Positions 12,440-25,195 of a stretch of 64,000 nucleotides of DNA are shown in pieces. The notes beneath the pieces were generated by a model. It made no database searches. It was not told the DNA's origin and saw only the letters and a list, made by a program, of their open reading frames with translations. The stretch comes from Octopus sinensis (taxonomy: Eukaryota). Numbering within the stretch: the first letter of the stretch is position 1; each line of letters starts with the position of its first letter. Where the stretch lies: assembly GCF_006345805.1 (NCBI RefSeq), contig NC_042998.1, forward strand, positions 86,366,001-86,430,000. Reading direction: 5' to 3'. Made by a program: the position numbers and the translations under genes.

Positions 12440-14010
12440 TGTGGCACCAGGGAACAACAAATTGTAGTCTGAATGTTATATTAGGAGTGAGCTAGAGAAA
12501 ATAGGCTATAGGCGAAGGTTATTAAAGTTCTGGAAAAAATATTATCCTTAAGAAAGATGTGAATGAATAACGACTGACTGATCAGATTAGACAAATTAAG
12601 ACCAAAGGGTCGTTAGAGAAGATGGGAAAAGAGAAGATTATAATGGAAGTGAGAAAGGAACTGCAAGGATCTACTGGTCTGGAAGAAATGGTCATAGAAC
12701 AAGGGAGCTTACAAAGCTGGGACATAAACAGAGAGAATCTATGTACCTCTAACTAGAGAGTCACTTGCAGAAAATAGCCCAGAATTGGCTACTTTAAGTG
12801 ACAGAATTCTGGAAGTAATTGTCCTTGAGGAAAGGAAAATGTTGCCATCATTAAAGCTATGTGATAGAGTAAAGTTAAGGTCAGAACTAGGAAAGTAAAT
12901 GAAGTTGTCATGAGAATTCCAATTAAGGATATCACTGTGTTAAATTCCTTGATGCATGCTGTTGCTTATGTCATTACCAAGAAGATGGGAATGTTTATAG
13001 AAAAGAAAGTACAGAGTAACAAAGTCTTATACCAGAAAAGGAGAATAAGAAGACTTAAGTAAGATAAAGGAAGTAAGGAAAGGAAATACGAGGTTCAATG
13101 AAAGAGAACATATTTACATAAATAAAAAATACCTGGTAGACAAGGATATTCAATTTATATTGGATATGTTAAAACAAAATATCAAAACAAGTACCAAAAG
13201 ATATGAGGGAAGGTGTCTACAGTTTAAACAAAATCAACTGTTTAGAACAAATAAGAAGCTGTTCTATGAGAGACTCTAGATGGAGGAGATAAAGAAGAAA
13301 GAGAGTTACTCAATCCCAAAGAAGCAACTTCATTTTGGAGCAAGATCTGGTCAGAGAATGTCAAATACAACAAAAGGGTATTCAAACTCCATGAAGTGGA
13401 AGAAGAATTCAAAGATATGGAGACACAGGACATTGTCATCATGTTGGAAGATAGTTAAGCCAGTGTTGGTAAGATGAGAAATTGAAAGGCAACTGGTCTG
13501 GACCTAGTTCAGGCATTTGGGTTCAAGGTTTTGACAAATTTACATCCTAAATTACAAAATATCCTGCAAGGCTGTATAGACCAAGGAACTGTACCAGAAT
13601 GGATGGTCAAAGAAAGAACTACCTTGATTCAGAAGGCCCCAGTCATAGGTGCCATTACCAATAACTATCATCTAATTGCCTGTTTACCTCTGATGTAGGA
13701 GCTTCTAACAGGGATAATGAGAAAGGAATTGTACTACCATCTTAAAGGAAATGAACTACTAAAGACAGCAGGAACATATCATGAGGAACACAGGATCAAT
13801 TGCTGATTGACAAAGCAATTCTTAGGAACTGCCAAAGAAAGTTGACAAATCTATCAATAGGTTGGATTGACTAAAAGGCATATAATATGGTTCCTATTCT
13901 TGGATTCTGAAATGCCTAGAGATGGCTAGGGCAGCAGAAAATTTGATTTATTTGTTCAAAAACAGTATGAGAAATTGGAAGATAGTTCTGACTACAGATG
14001 GAAAAGAAAT
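12440..14010 (+). mobile_element. Degenerate R4/Dong-like (RLE) LINE, RT N-terminal part
   Basis: Remnant motifs FWSKIWSENVKYN, NW/KATGLD, VPEWMVK.RTTLIQK, IACLPLM, WID.KAY.MVP.SWILKCL. Many stops and frameshifts. Confidence 0.75.
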
Positions 14011-14547
14011 TAGACCAAATGCTATCTGGATGTCTTGAGAGGAAATTCATACGGTCTGAATAAGGGATTCCATAAACTGCAGGCAATTAATTGGTTTCAT
14101 GTTTTTGTGCAGTTTGTAATCAGCTCTAATTTTTTCTGAATCATGGAGAGCAGCAACTAACAATAAACAGTAAGGGTGATATAGAGTCTACTTCCAAGAT
14201 TCCCCTCTTAATAATAAATCTTTGCATCAATTTTCATATGCCAACAAATAGGTTTCATGTGACATATTTTTTCTGAGCATGGAAAGCAGAGGTTAAATGA
14301 TGATGGTGATGATGTTGATGTATAGGCTCTAAATGCACTCTATAAAAAATCGTTCAGAAACAAAGCTTTCATGAAAATAAATAGCCTTAAACATAATCAA
14401 GATATTTAAAATTATGATATTTATTTCGTAAGATGCATTATGATTTTGAGGTGTATCTTTTGCTAAAACAAATTTGTCTTATATTCTTTAAATGCAGTAA
14501 TTGACTCATTTATTTTTGTTAACAAAGTTTTCAAAGTTTTTACTTAC

Positions 14548-14758
14548 CAATAGTATAACATAAATCAAATCCAGAATCTTTAGCCTTCACCGAACCAATA
14601 ACTATCGGTGGTGGTCCTTCTTTAATTGTGAATGTGTCATTAGGCTGGAGAAATTCAGGGGGCTCATCATTAATGTTTGTAACTTTCACAGATAACAAAA
14701 ATACTGTAGGAATTGAAGGGAGCGATGGAGTACCAGAATCAGAAGCTTTTATTTGAAC
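14548..14758 (-). CDS. Cadherin gene (minus strand), exon not in the ORF track
   Basis: Acceptor TTTCTAG, donor GTAAGT, phase 0 in and 1 out. Encodes VQIKASDSGTPSLPSIPTVFLLSVKVTNINDEPPEFLQPNDTFTIKEGPPPIVIGSVKAKDSGFDLCYTI. Confidence 0.92.
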
Positions 14759-15089
14759 CTAGAAATTAAATATTGATAACATTTTTTTTTATTCACATTT
14801 ACTTTTATTTATAATTCACATTTACTTTTATTTCTTTCTATTTATATCTGCAGCACCAGCAATGCTTATATTTACAATGCTCATAACGCTTATACTTACA
14901 ATGTTGCTAACACTTACTCTTACCCCCAGTAGGGGCAAAAATCTTAACATGCTCAAATATTTCAATGCTGACAGGTCAAAAGTGAGAACAGGTGTAGCAT
15001 GTCTATCAAACAAACATGGAAACCTTTTTTTCAGGCGCTGAAAAAATCTCCCCTTACCTGGTTTCCTCCCACATTCCTTTCTAAGTTTT

Positions 15090-15871
15090 TAGAGTTGGCA
15101 CTGTCAACATAGGCGCATTAAAAGGTAGGTCTATTGTGATTGTAGTGATGCTTGAAGGAGATGTATTGATGAAAGAGGTGAGGTGGAGAGGAGCTTCAGC
15201 CAGGGTCCTCATAGGAAAGGCACATAGGCATAAAATCACAAGCAAAGCACAAAGGTATAAAATCTTCAGGGAAGGTAACAGTGATGGAGTAAGGGGTGTA
15301 AGCATACTCCTCACAGAGAAATGGATGGATAGGGTGATAGAGGTAATAAGGGCATGCAATAGAGTGCTTAAGTTTAGGCTAGTCTTGCAGAATAGTATAT
15401 CTACAATTATCTCTGCCTATGCACCACAAGCAGTCTACCAAATGATCAGAAGGACCACTTTTATGATATACTTCTACAGGCTACCTCAAAGACAAGTGAC
15501 AATGATCTCATCTTTGTGGCTGGAGATTTTAATGAGCATGTTGGACAGAAATTTGGTATCTTCCATGGTGTTCATGGAAGCCATGGAATTGGTTCCTGAA
15601 ACAAAGAGGGGGCTAGGTTATTGGAGTTCTGTGATGCAATCTGCTAGCCGGATTGATCTCATTCTCACCAGATAGCGGGATGTATGATTGCTCTTAAATA
15701 CAAAGACCCTCCCTGGTGAAGAATGTACCCACCAGCATAGACAAGTCATCAGTGACTTTAGACTCAAGGCCAGAAGGATGCCAAGAAGCAGACGAATACA
15801 GAAAAGAAGGATTTGGAAGCTTAAGAACCCTTCACATGGTCAGAGATTTAGGGACATCCTCATTGAGAATT
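15090..15871 (+). mobile_element. RTE LINE fragment, apurinic endonuclease region
   Basis: GV.ILL.EKWMDRVIEV.R...TIISAYAPQ, IDLILTR, NTKTLPGEEC..QH..V.SDF. Homologous to about 55350-56040 (minus). Confidence 0.82.
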
Positions 15872-17790
15872 TGTAGTCAGATTGAAAAAGAGGCATTGGC
15901 AATCATATTTGGTGACAAGAAGTTCCATAGGTTTTTCCATGGAAAATGTTTCTGTTTGCAAACAGACCATCTCCCACTAATGACAATATATGGATCCAAA
16001 ACAAGGAATCCCAACACAAACAGTAAATAGATTGCAGCAATGGGGCACTGTACTATTATAGTACAACTACAAAATGGAGTATTTGAAGCTGAAAAATTAG
16101 GGCATACAGATGGTTTGTCCAGATTGAGACCAAAACAGGGCGAGCCATTCAACTACAGCTCTAAGAGCTGAAAGTGAAGTGAAAAACGTGATGTGGAACA
16201 TGGTACGAAAGTTACCGGTGACTCTGGAGGATATAAAGCGGAATGCAGTAAATGACAAGTTTATAATGGAAACAAAAAGAACACTGTGGTCAACAAAAGA
16301 AAATAGGAAAAGTTTGGTGCAAAACAAAACCAAGATGTGAACCTATACTTAATATGTGATGACATACTGATGTATGCACAAAGAGTAGCGATGCCAGAAA
16401 CACTACAACAGAAAATGATGAGAGAATTTCACATTGAACATCCTGATATTTCAAGGATGAAAGCTTTAATGTGCAGTTACATATACTGGCCGAAAATGGA
16501 CAGAGAAATTGAAAATTTGGTAAAAGGCTGTAGAGAATGTGCTCTAGCAGCAAAATTGCCCACTATAAAATGTGAAGTTTGGCCAAAAGTAGATGTTCTG
16601 TGGTCAAAACTACACATTGATTTTGCTAGTCCTCTAAATGATTCATACTACTTAGTGGTAGTTGATAATTTTCCAAAATGGCCTGAAATTTATAAGTGTA
16701 AAAAACAAACCTCCTCAACCGTAATAAATCTTTTACATGAATTGTTTGCAAGATTTGGCATCCAGACAAGATAGTGTCTGACAATGGAATGCAATTTGTG
16801 TCTAGCGAATTTTGTTCACAGTAGAACATATAACTACAGAGCTATACCATCCCAAATCTAATGGACAAGTAGAATGCTTTGTCAATACCTTCAAAAGAGT
16901 CCTGAGAAAATTGAATAAGGAAGTCACGGATGAAGTAGCACTAGAACAATTTTTAAGAGTGTACTGTGTGATGCTAAATTTGAATACACCAGCAGGTAGC
17001 TCACCAGCAGAGCTGATGTTTGCAAGGAAAGTAAAATCAGTTTTTGATAAATTGCTATCTGGCAAGAAAAGAAAAAGTGCCAGGGAAGACATAGTAGGAT
17101 TTCCTAAAGTTGGTGATAAGGTGTATATGAGGACATACAAAAATGGAAAGCAGAACTGGGAAGCGGGCGAAATTATCAAATACATGTTTTTATTATAAAG
17201 TGAAGCAAGAACAATACACACACACACACACACACACACATACAGGTAGACAGTGAGGTTACTAGCCTCTGGCTAACTTCACAAAGCATTGCCTCTTCAT
17301 TTACAATGATATATTGGGTGAAAAGTAGAAAAGGCATACAAAAGAGACACAGGAACCAACTGAAAAAGAGATTCATAGAAAGCGAACCAAAGAAGTCGGA
17401 AGAACCAATGGAATGGTTGTACAATATTTTCCAAGTACCAATGCTACTGCAGGTGATCAAACCCAGGCATACAAGTGAGAGGAAAAGAAAACATGGAATT
17501 CTTGAAAATAGATACCAAGCAAAAAAAATTAAATTGTATGGAAAAAAAAAAACTCAAAACAGGGAGGTGGGGGGGTGAATAAAAAAATTTTACTAAATAA
17601 AATAATTCTTCCACATAAAAACTTAAAATGGGAGATGTTGTAGGTAATAATAATACACTCTCCCATGTGACAAGTGGTATGACATAGTCACTATAAATAG
17701 GAGAGTACAAGACAGTAGAGAGCATATGCAGCAGGCAGTTGAGAGATAGTCATGTCTTTACTGATGTTTGGGCATTATTAAAATCCAACA
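15872..17790 (+). mobile_element. Ty3/Gypsy LTR retrotransposon remnant (RNase H, integrase, PPT, 3' LTR)
   Basis: SQIEKEALAIIFG.KKFH, QTDH.PL, HPDISRMKAL..YIYWP, LHIDFA, SDNG.QF, YHPKSNGQVE. Purine tract AAAATGGGAGA followed by an LTR with TGTTG...CAACA ends. Confidence 0.9.
17636..17790 (+). repeat. 3' LTR of the Gypsy remnant (155 bp)
   Basis: Starts TGTTG at 17636 right after the PPT and ends CAACA at 17790. Contains TATAAATA and ATTAAA. Confidence 0.78.
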
Positions 17791-18099
17791 TTTTAAAGAT
17801 TATAACTGGTGATGAGGGTTATAACAGTTGGTTCTGGACTTGTGCAGCTTACATTTTCTTTGTGCTTCTGTGATCTTATTCTGTTTATAGAGGTAGCAAC
17901 TCTGTTGGTGCAGCTACACCAGGCAAAGCAGTCTTGTGCCTGCATTTCCCAGGTGTCAGAGTTGATCTGAGCGCACTTCTGTGAGGTTTTGAGTGTATAT
18001 TTGAAGTGCTTTTTCTGCCTACATTATGTGCACTTGCTTTTTGACAATTCACTCTCCAGATCTGTGTATATTGACATGAAGCTGACACATGCTTCACAA

Positions 18100-18510
18100 A
18101 TGGAAGCTCAGCTTGCAGGTGGCTATGAAAATCAATATGGGAGAGGAGAGGCATTAAGCTGGCCACCAAGTTGAAGATGTACAAAGCAGTTGTACTGCCT
18201 ACACTACTGTATGCCTGTGAGACTTGGACAGTTTACAAACACCATGCCAAATGGCTAAACTGCTTTTGCATGTAGTGTCTGAGAAAGCCAATGAAAATCA
18301 CCTGACATGGTTCCAGACACTGATGTCTTCTCTTGAGCTGATCAGCCAAACATTTATGCTTTGCTGAGGAGAGCACAGGTTAGGTGGGCAGGCCAACTTG
18401 TTTGAATGCCTGACACATGGCTACCCAAAAAACTGTTTTACAGTCAACTGGCAGTAGGTAACTGGAACACATATGAATAAGCTAGAAAACACACTGAAAA
18501 TAAGAATACA
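18100..18510 (+). mobile_element. RTE/BovB-like LINE, C-terminal fragment
   Basis: YKAVVLPTLLYACETWTVY.HH, RW.G...RMPD..LPKKLFY.QL motifs, degenerate. Confidence 0.7.
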
Positions 18511-18571
18511 AACACTGGCATACACAAGAATCATTGGAATACACATGGATAACACTTTATAATGATCTTAC

Positions 18572-18751
18572 TTCGTATGTTGTTTTCTTTTCATAATCTA
18601 GCTGCTTGCGCAAAATAACATTTCCAGATTTGTCTACTTTAAAATTACTGTTATCAGCTTTACTTTCCAGTTCATAATTAATTTCAGCATTAACACCAAA
18701 ATCTTCGTCTTTTATGTTGATTTTATATATTCTAGTGTCAGGACATGTTGA
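18572..18751 (-). CDS. Cadherin gene (minus strand), exon
   Basis: Acceptor TTTGCAG, donor GTAAGA, phase 0/0. Encodes STCPDTRIYKINIKDEDFGVNAEINY...KQLDYEKKTTYE and continues the preceding ...TIPE. Confidence 0.92.
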
Positions 18752-19725
18752 CTGCAAAGAAGAAAGAAAAATTAAACAAATATTAGAAAACTATTTTTGA
18801 AAATTGTCATTGTTTTTATATTATTGGCATTGTGTATCAATGCAGCATTTGTATATTGGTAAAGCTGTTTATATTGATCATGTACCTGCTGTACCTGTCT
18901 GATAAGGGTGCACCAGGCACACACATCACAACCATATGTGCACAACATAATGATCTTATACCAAGATAAACAGCACATGAGCTTGCAGGTGGAGCCCAGT
19001 CAGAATTTTCTTCAGGTTGAGTAGCCCATCCTGCTCAAAAGATCCCTGAATAAGGTTCATTTAAGGATGATGAACAAAACACCCGTTTCCAGAGGTGAAT
19101 TATTCAAATGCCAAAGAATTTCTCTCAACACACGATTATGATGCTTTCCCACTACTTCTGCTCGTGGTCAGAGATGCACATGTCATCAGCCACTAAGAGA
19201 CATGCTCAAGTGGTTTAGGTCAAGCAATTGACAAGCAAATCTGTGGTATGGAGCAGAATATTTGCTGTGGCCTATCTTTTATATCAAGACAAAACAATGT
19301 ACAAGATAACACTTCCAATCAGTTAAGACCAGAAGCCATAAGGGCCACTGCCTGGTACTGCATCAGGGCATTATTATTATTATTATTATTATTATTATCA
19401 TTATGATTATTATTAATTTATCATCATCATCATCAATAATATTAATATGCTAACGTTTTGTTTTTGTATGTACCTGTGGTGTGTGTCACATTTCAAAGAA
19501 GTGGCAAAGCAAGAGAGAGGAGGACAGAGAGGAAGCAAGAGAAAGAGAGAGAGTGAAAGAGAAAGTGAGTGGTGACGCCGTTCATTGCAAGAGAGGTAGA
19601 TACATAGATACATATACACATTATTAAATCAAAAGTGGGAGAGAAGAGGGACAGCAGATACTTACACACAGCAAATACTGGATGCCAATTTCACATCTGA
19701 AGGCAACTAAACTCCAGTCAGTGGC

Positions 19726-19764
<39 letters not shown>

Positions 19765-20247
19765 TAAAAATTTCGTAGTGGACTATCTGACACTTACTGT
19801 CTGACTGTATCCCTCTCTCTCTCTTGGTATATATTTGTGTATGTGTGTGCATTTATGTGTGGCCCGCTGGATCTCTTTCACATACCAGCAAACCACAAAA
19901 TTGCACTGGCCAACATCACCACTACCTCCAAGCACATCATATATATATGTATGTATGCGTGTGTTTGTGTCTGTGTTTGTCCCACCACCACCATTGCTTC
20001 ACACTGTTGGTATGTTTGCATCTCTGTAATTTAGCAGTTCAGCAGAAGAGACTGATAGAATAAGCACCAGGCTTACAGAGAATAAGTCCAGGGGTCAATT
20101 TCTTCGACTAAAGGGTGGTGCTCTAGCATGGCCACCATCAAATGACTGAAACAAGTAAAAGAATAAAAGAATACCAGAAAAATGTTCCGTACCACTAAAC
20201 CAAGAAGGTTCTTTGAATATGTATGATGTATTCTAAGGTTAAATAGT

Positions 20248-20846
20248 TGTAGTGACGTCATATTCCAGTGTGCGCACACGCAACGTCATTCTTCAGTGTG
20301 CGTGTGCGGAACGTCACCTTTGTAGTGACATCATGTTCCAGTGTGCGCACACGCAACGTCATTCTTCAGTGTGCATGTGCAGAACGTCTTTCTTCAGTGT
20401 GCGGGGTTGGAACCTTCTGGAACCTTCTGGAAAGGCATAAGGAAGTTCTCTCATGCACATGCGCTAGAGACTGAAGAATAAATTCCATAGCGTTCCTTAA
20501 TAGCATCGGGGACTTGAGACACGGCGATAGAAGAGAAAGGAAGTATATTTTGAATCCTGTGATCAGCCTATTCTCCTGTCCCAGACGCTTAGGATTTGAC
20601 CTGTTCTGTTGCTGCTGAATTGTTGTAAAGCTTACAAACGTTTGAATTCAGCCTTGCTGCATTGAACTAGGTGGATACCAGCATACCATCGTGTTTCTTG
20701 TTGAACCAAGAAAATAAAGAATTATATATATTTTTAAACTTGCTTTTCGTTCCTGACTGGTAGTTTCTAGAAACAAAAAGAAAGGAAATTGTGTTGCACC
20801 CAAGTTGCACCCCAAAAGTGTAAAGAAGCAACCAGTTCCCTTTACA
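20248..20846 (+). mobile_element. Solo LTR (599 bp) with 4-bp TSD
   Basis: TGTA...TACA termini, TAGT duplicated at 20244-47 and 20847-50, 73-bp tandem duplication at the left end, AATAAA motifs, CpG retained. Confidence 0.85.
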
Positions 20847-20989
20847 TAGTAATTCCATTAACATTTGTGTAACAGATATTTTGTTTGGATTATATAGTCA
20901 TTGGTGTTACATTACTTTCTATATTCTGTAACTTTCACAATATACTATTCTAGGCCTGAAATTTTTGTGGGGAGGGGGCCAGTTGATTA

Positions 20990-21415
20990 GATTGACTCCA
21001 GTACACAACTGGTACTTAATTTATTGAGCCTCAAAGGACAAAAGGCAAAATCGACCTCGGCAGAATTTGAACTCAGAACATAAAAACAGACAGTCATAAT
21101 ATACAAACATTTCTCATGGCACCATTACACTGTTTATAGATGCTTACATTTTTAATGTTTTCCATGAATTTTTCACTGGTCCAGCTAGTTATTATTATTA
21201 TCATTATAATAAGGCAGTGAGCTAACAGAATTGTTAGCACACTGGATGAAATGCTTAGCAGTATTTCGCCCGTTCTGAGTTCAAATTCTACTGAGGTTGA
21301 CAGTACCTTTCATACTTTTGGGGTTGATGAAGTAAGTACCAGTTGAGTACTGGGGTCAATGTAATCAACTATCCCCCTCCCCCAAACTTCAGGCCTTGTG
21401 CCTATAATAGAAAGG
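20990..21415. mobile_element. Two family-1 SINE copies (minus about 20990-21110, plus about 21210-21415)
   Basis: Same GAGTTCAAATT...GAGGTCGA/TGAC core as 9095-9317. The plus copy ends in (ATT)n. Confidence 0.72.
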
Positions 21416-21451
21416 ATTATTATCATTATTATGATTATTGTTATTATGAAA

Positions 21452-21483
<32 letters not shown>

Positions 21484-21489
21484 GAAACC

Positions 21490-22015
21490 TCACAGATTAT
21501 TTTGCTGGGTATGATGGAAAATATCAGCTGTTCACACCCTGCAGACTCAGGTGACATGCTTCAAGAACCCTGTGAAGAATTCTTGCATTTCCAAGCAATG
21601 CTGATTTTTGTAGATGTTCTACTTTCACACTTGCACCCATCTTTTTCAGCCATGTTGGTAGCTGAGTGATGATAGTTCCAAGTGCATCAATTACAGTTGG
21701 TATCACTTCTACTCTCCTCATTGACCACAACTTTCATATTTCCCACTTACAATCATCATAGTTAATTTTTCCTTATTCTTTCATATTGATCCTATTGTCA
21801 CTGGAGCATACCATGTCGATGATCATACATGTTCTTTCTTTTTTATTCATCACAACAATGTCCGGTTTTTGATGTCTGGTCAGGTGATCACACTGGCTCA
21901 TTGTATCCCACATTGTTTTGCAATTCTCATTCTAGGTGACTGCTTCTGGAGTTTGCTCATACCATGACTTTGCTCTTTGTAGGCCATGATTTCCACAGAG
22001 CTCCCAATGGATCAC
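21490..22015 (-). mobile_element. R4/Dong-like LINE 3' end (RLE endonuclease)
   Basis: HDNVARVIHWELC, KPDIVV, VEHLQKSALLGNARIL. Ends in an (AAT)n tail (plus-strand TTA repeats 21415-21482). Confidence 0.82.
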
Positions 22016-22034
22016 TCTTGCCACATTGTCATGA

Positions 22035-22262
22035 CTATTATCATTATTAATGCGACAAGCTGGTACACTTGTTAGCATGCCAGACTAAATGCTTAGTGGT
22101 ATTTTGCTTGTCACTACATAATGAGTTCAAATTCTGCAAGGTCGACTTTACCTTTTATCCTTTTGAGGTAGATTAAGCAAGTACCAGTTATGCACTGGAG
22201 TTGATATAATCTGCTAGTCCCCTCCCACCAAATTTTAGGCCTTGTGCCTATAGTATAAAGGA
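22035..22262 (+). mobile_element. Family-1 SINE
   Basis: Same core and (ATT)n tail as other copies. Confidence 0.72.
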
Positions 22263-22844
22263 TTATTATTATTATTAATATTATTATAAATATCTTTGAT
22301 GCGATCTTGATTGCTGTCAAAGACATCAACAGACGTCTTTATCAGTGGTCATATGATCACAGAAAGGAAATATGATAGCTTGTAGTCACTGAAAGTATAA
22401 GCTTTGCAAACTAGTCTGATTGAAAGTCCATAAACAGGATGCAGGATGGGTTTGTTGTCTTTCCTAAGTTCATATAATGCAGATATGTCATTGTTTGTGA
22501 CTTGTATTATCTTACTTGGAAAATGTTGCACCACATACCATGTGTGCATTAAGGAATTGCTTTCTGTTTTTTCATAATCTTAAGTTGTTAGCTCTTTCAT
22601 ATTATTGATGTGGGGCAGCATTAACTGGACACAGTTTAGTAAACTGTCTACACATATTCAACCAGACTTGACTGTGGAGAAAAACACTACATCTCTGTTT
22701 TTAATATCCTATCTCAGAATTTATTCTTTGTAAGCCTAGTACTTATGCTGTCAGGCTCTTTTGCCAACATCGGTTGTCAAGCATTGGTGGCAGAGACAAA
22801 CAGACACACAAATACATACATACATATATACATACATACATACA

Positions 22845-22880
<36 letters not shown>

Positions 22881-23154
22881 TATATACATACATATATGAT
22901 AGGCTTCTTTCAGTTTTTGTCAACCAAATCCACTCACTAGGTTTTGGTCGACCAGAGGCTATAGTAGAAGGCACTTGCCCAAGGTGCCATGCAGTAGGAC
23001 CGAACCCAGAACCATGTGCAAGCTTCTTACCACACACCCACTTCTGCACCTATAAAATAAATTGCAAGCTCTTGAAGATTCGAACTCAGAATCTTCTGAT
23101 CCATAGTCAGACACATTATCCATTGTGCTACAAAACCTATCTTATATATATATA

Positions 23155-24172
23155 CAGTGGGGGGAAATAATTATTCGTACATGTCAAAATTCTTTATTTA
23201 TTTAATTTCTAATGAACATAAATGGGATATACCAATACTATATATGCATACACATGCATAACTAATGAATTTATATACAATTATAAATATTTAGGGGTGA
23301 AAAAAGTATTCATACAGAATAAATTTATGATTTTCTATGCCAATAATTATTTTTTACTAGAACTTCCTTGTTTGTTCCAAAAATCTTATCAGTTGTCATT
23401 TTTAAGTGTCAAAACACTAGCTTATTCTTTCAGCATTGAGACAACATAAAGAAGTATCGTAATAATGGCGAAAAGTAAAGAACTCACAAATTTAGTGATA
23501 ACTTAATTATTGAACAGTGGAAAGCAGGTAAAAGTTACAGGAAAATATCAGAGACCCTTGGTATTCCATTTTCTACCATATCTTCATTTATTCAAAGATA
23601 TAAAAAAAATCGAGAACTGTTGAAAACAGAATAAGATCCAGTGCACCACGCAAGATTTCCCCTTTAAGAAAAATGAAGCGAAGAATCGGAAAAAATGCAA
23701 TGATCATCAGAAAGGAGTTGGAAGAAGATTTGTTAGTTTCAGGGACTAGTGTTACACTTTAAACAATCAGCAATGAATTTCATAGGAATAAACTGAAATC
23801 ACACTCTCCTAGAAAAACTCCGCTGTTGACTAAAAGGCCTAGAGATGCCCGTTTAAAATTTGTTTATGAACATAAAGATAAATCTGATACATTCTGGGAA
23901 AATGATCTATGAACAGACGAGTCGAAAATTGAATTGCTTGGACAAAATTCGCGTAGCCATGTTCGGAGGAAAGATGGTACTGCCTATTTGCTGAAAAACA
24001 CAATTCCTACCATAAAATTTGGAGGTGGCAACATCATGGTGTGGGGGTATTTCTCTGCAAATGGTACTGGCAATTTACATGTGATAGATGGTAGAATGAA
24101 TGCAGAGATGTACCAAAATATTTTGAACAATGATTTATGGCATTATTTGAAAATTAGAATTATTTCCCACTA

Positions 24173-24175
<3 letters not shown>
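23155..24175 (+). mobile_element. Internally deleted Tc1-like transposon
   Basis: TIRs CAGTGGGGGGAAATAATT and AATTATTTCCCACTACTG in TA context. Transposase remnant MAKSKEL..., [22 protein letters not shown]. The C-terminal catalytic part is missing. Confidence 0.88.
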
Positions 24176-24208
<33 letters not shown>

Positions 24209-25195
24209 TAGATGACATACCCGGCGGTAATTTCCAGAAGAGTGGGGTTTATCCCTCGGTTTCATTCTCATAATTGTTTTACTAATCCAATAAAAATACA
24301 AAGTATGTAGCCCTTAAAATGGTTTTTGTGCCTTAATTGAGAATACCAAACTGTCTTCCATAGGATCTTGTTTTTAGGAATTCCCAATGAATTATGAATA
24401 TCCAAATTGTGAAGTCAGTTACATAATAACCTGAAATTAGTTACCCGATAATAAGAATTCAAATAAAGTAGCACTGAAAAGGGTTTTAATGCATTCCCAG
24501 AGTATATAGAACATAGGAGGAAATACTAATAAGGTATGTATACTAAAATCGTGAAGCATGTTACATAATAAGAGGCTAATCAGGTATGAGATAATAATTC
24601 AAAGTAAAAAACTCTGAAAAGGGCTTTTGTGCATTCCCAGAGAATATTATCCTCAGGGGTGGTAGTATTGGTATATTCGTAAATAAGTCACTAACCGAAA
24701 TAGTGAATCAATTGTTTAGGAAAATATTATTTACTTGTTTAAGGGTTGCACTGGATAAATTGCGAAAATAACTCTAGCAGTTCAAATATTAAGGAATAAG
24801 CATATTCAATATCATTTTTACCAAATAATTTAGGAAAATGAATAAGTTATTTCCCTTTGCTATATATAAGGATCCCTTCCTATGGCGAATGGGTTATTTC
24901 CCTTGGTTTTTAAAATAAAATATATTAGATATATATAAGGATCCTTTCCAGTGGCCCTATTATCGACTTTTTTTCAACAATCTGAGTACGCCATGAGGTT
25001 CCTAAACATGAGTTCTACTAATGAGTCAAATTTCATCAAAATCAATAAAACGATGTAGGAGGAGTTAGCTAACAACTCCACAAACATACCCACAGACAGA
25101 ATTTCACACATATGTAGTAGATAAACAGCAGTTTGCAATGTTTCACCAAAAAGGAGAATTATAATTGTCACTAAATTTCACTAAGGTATGAGAAA

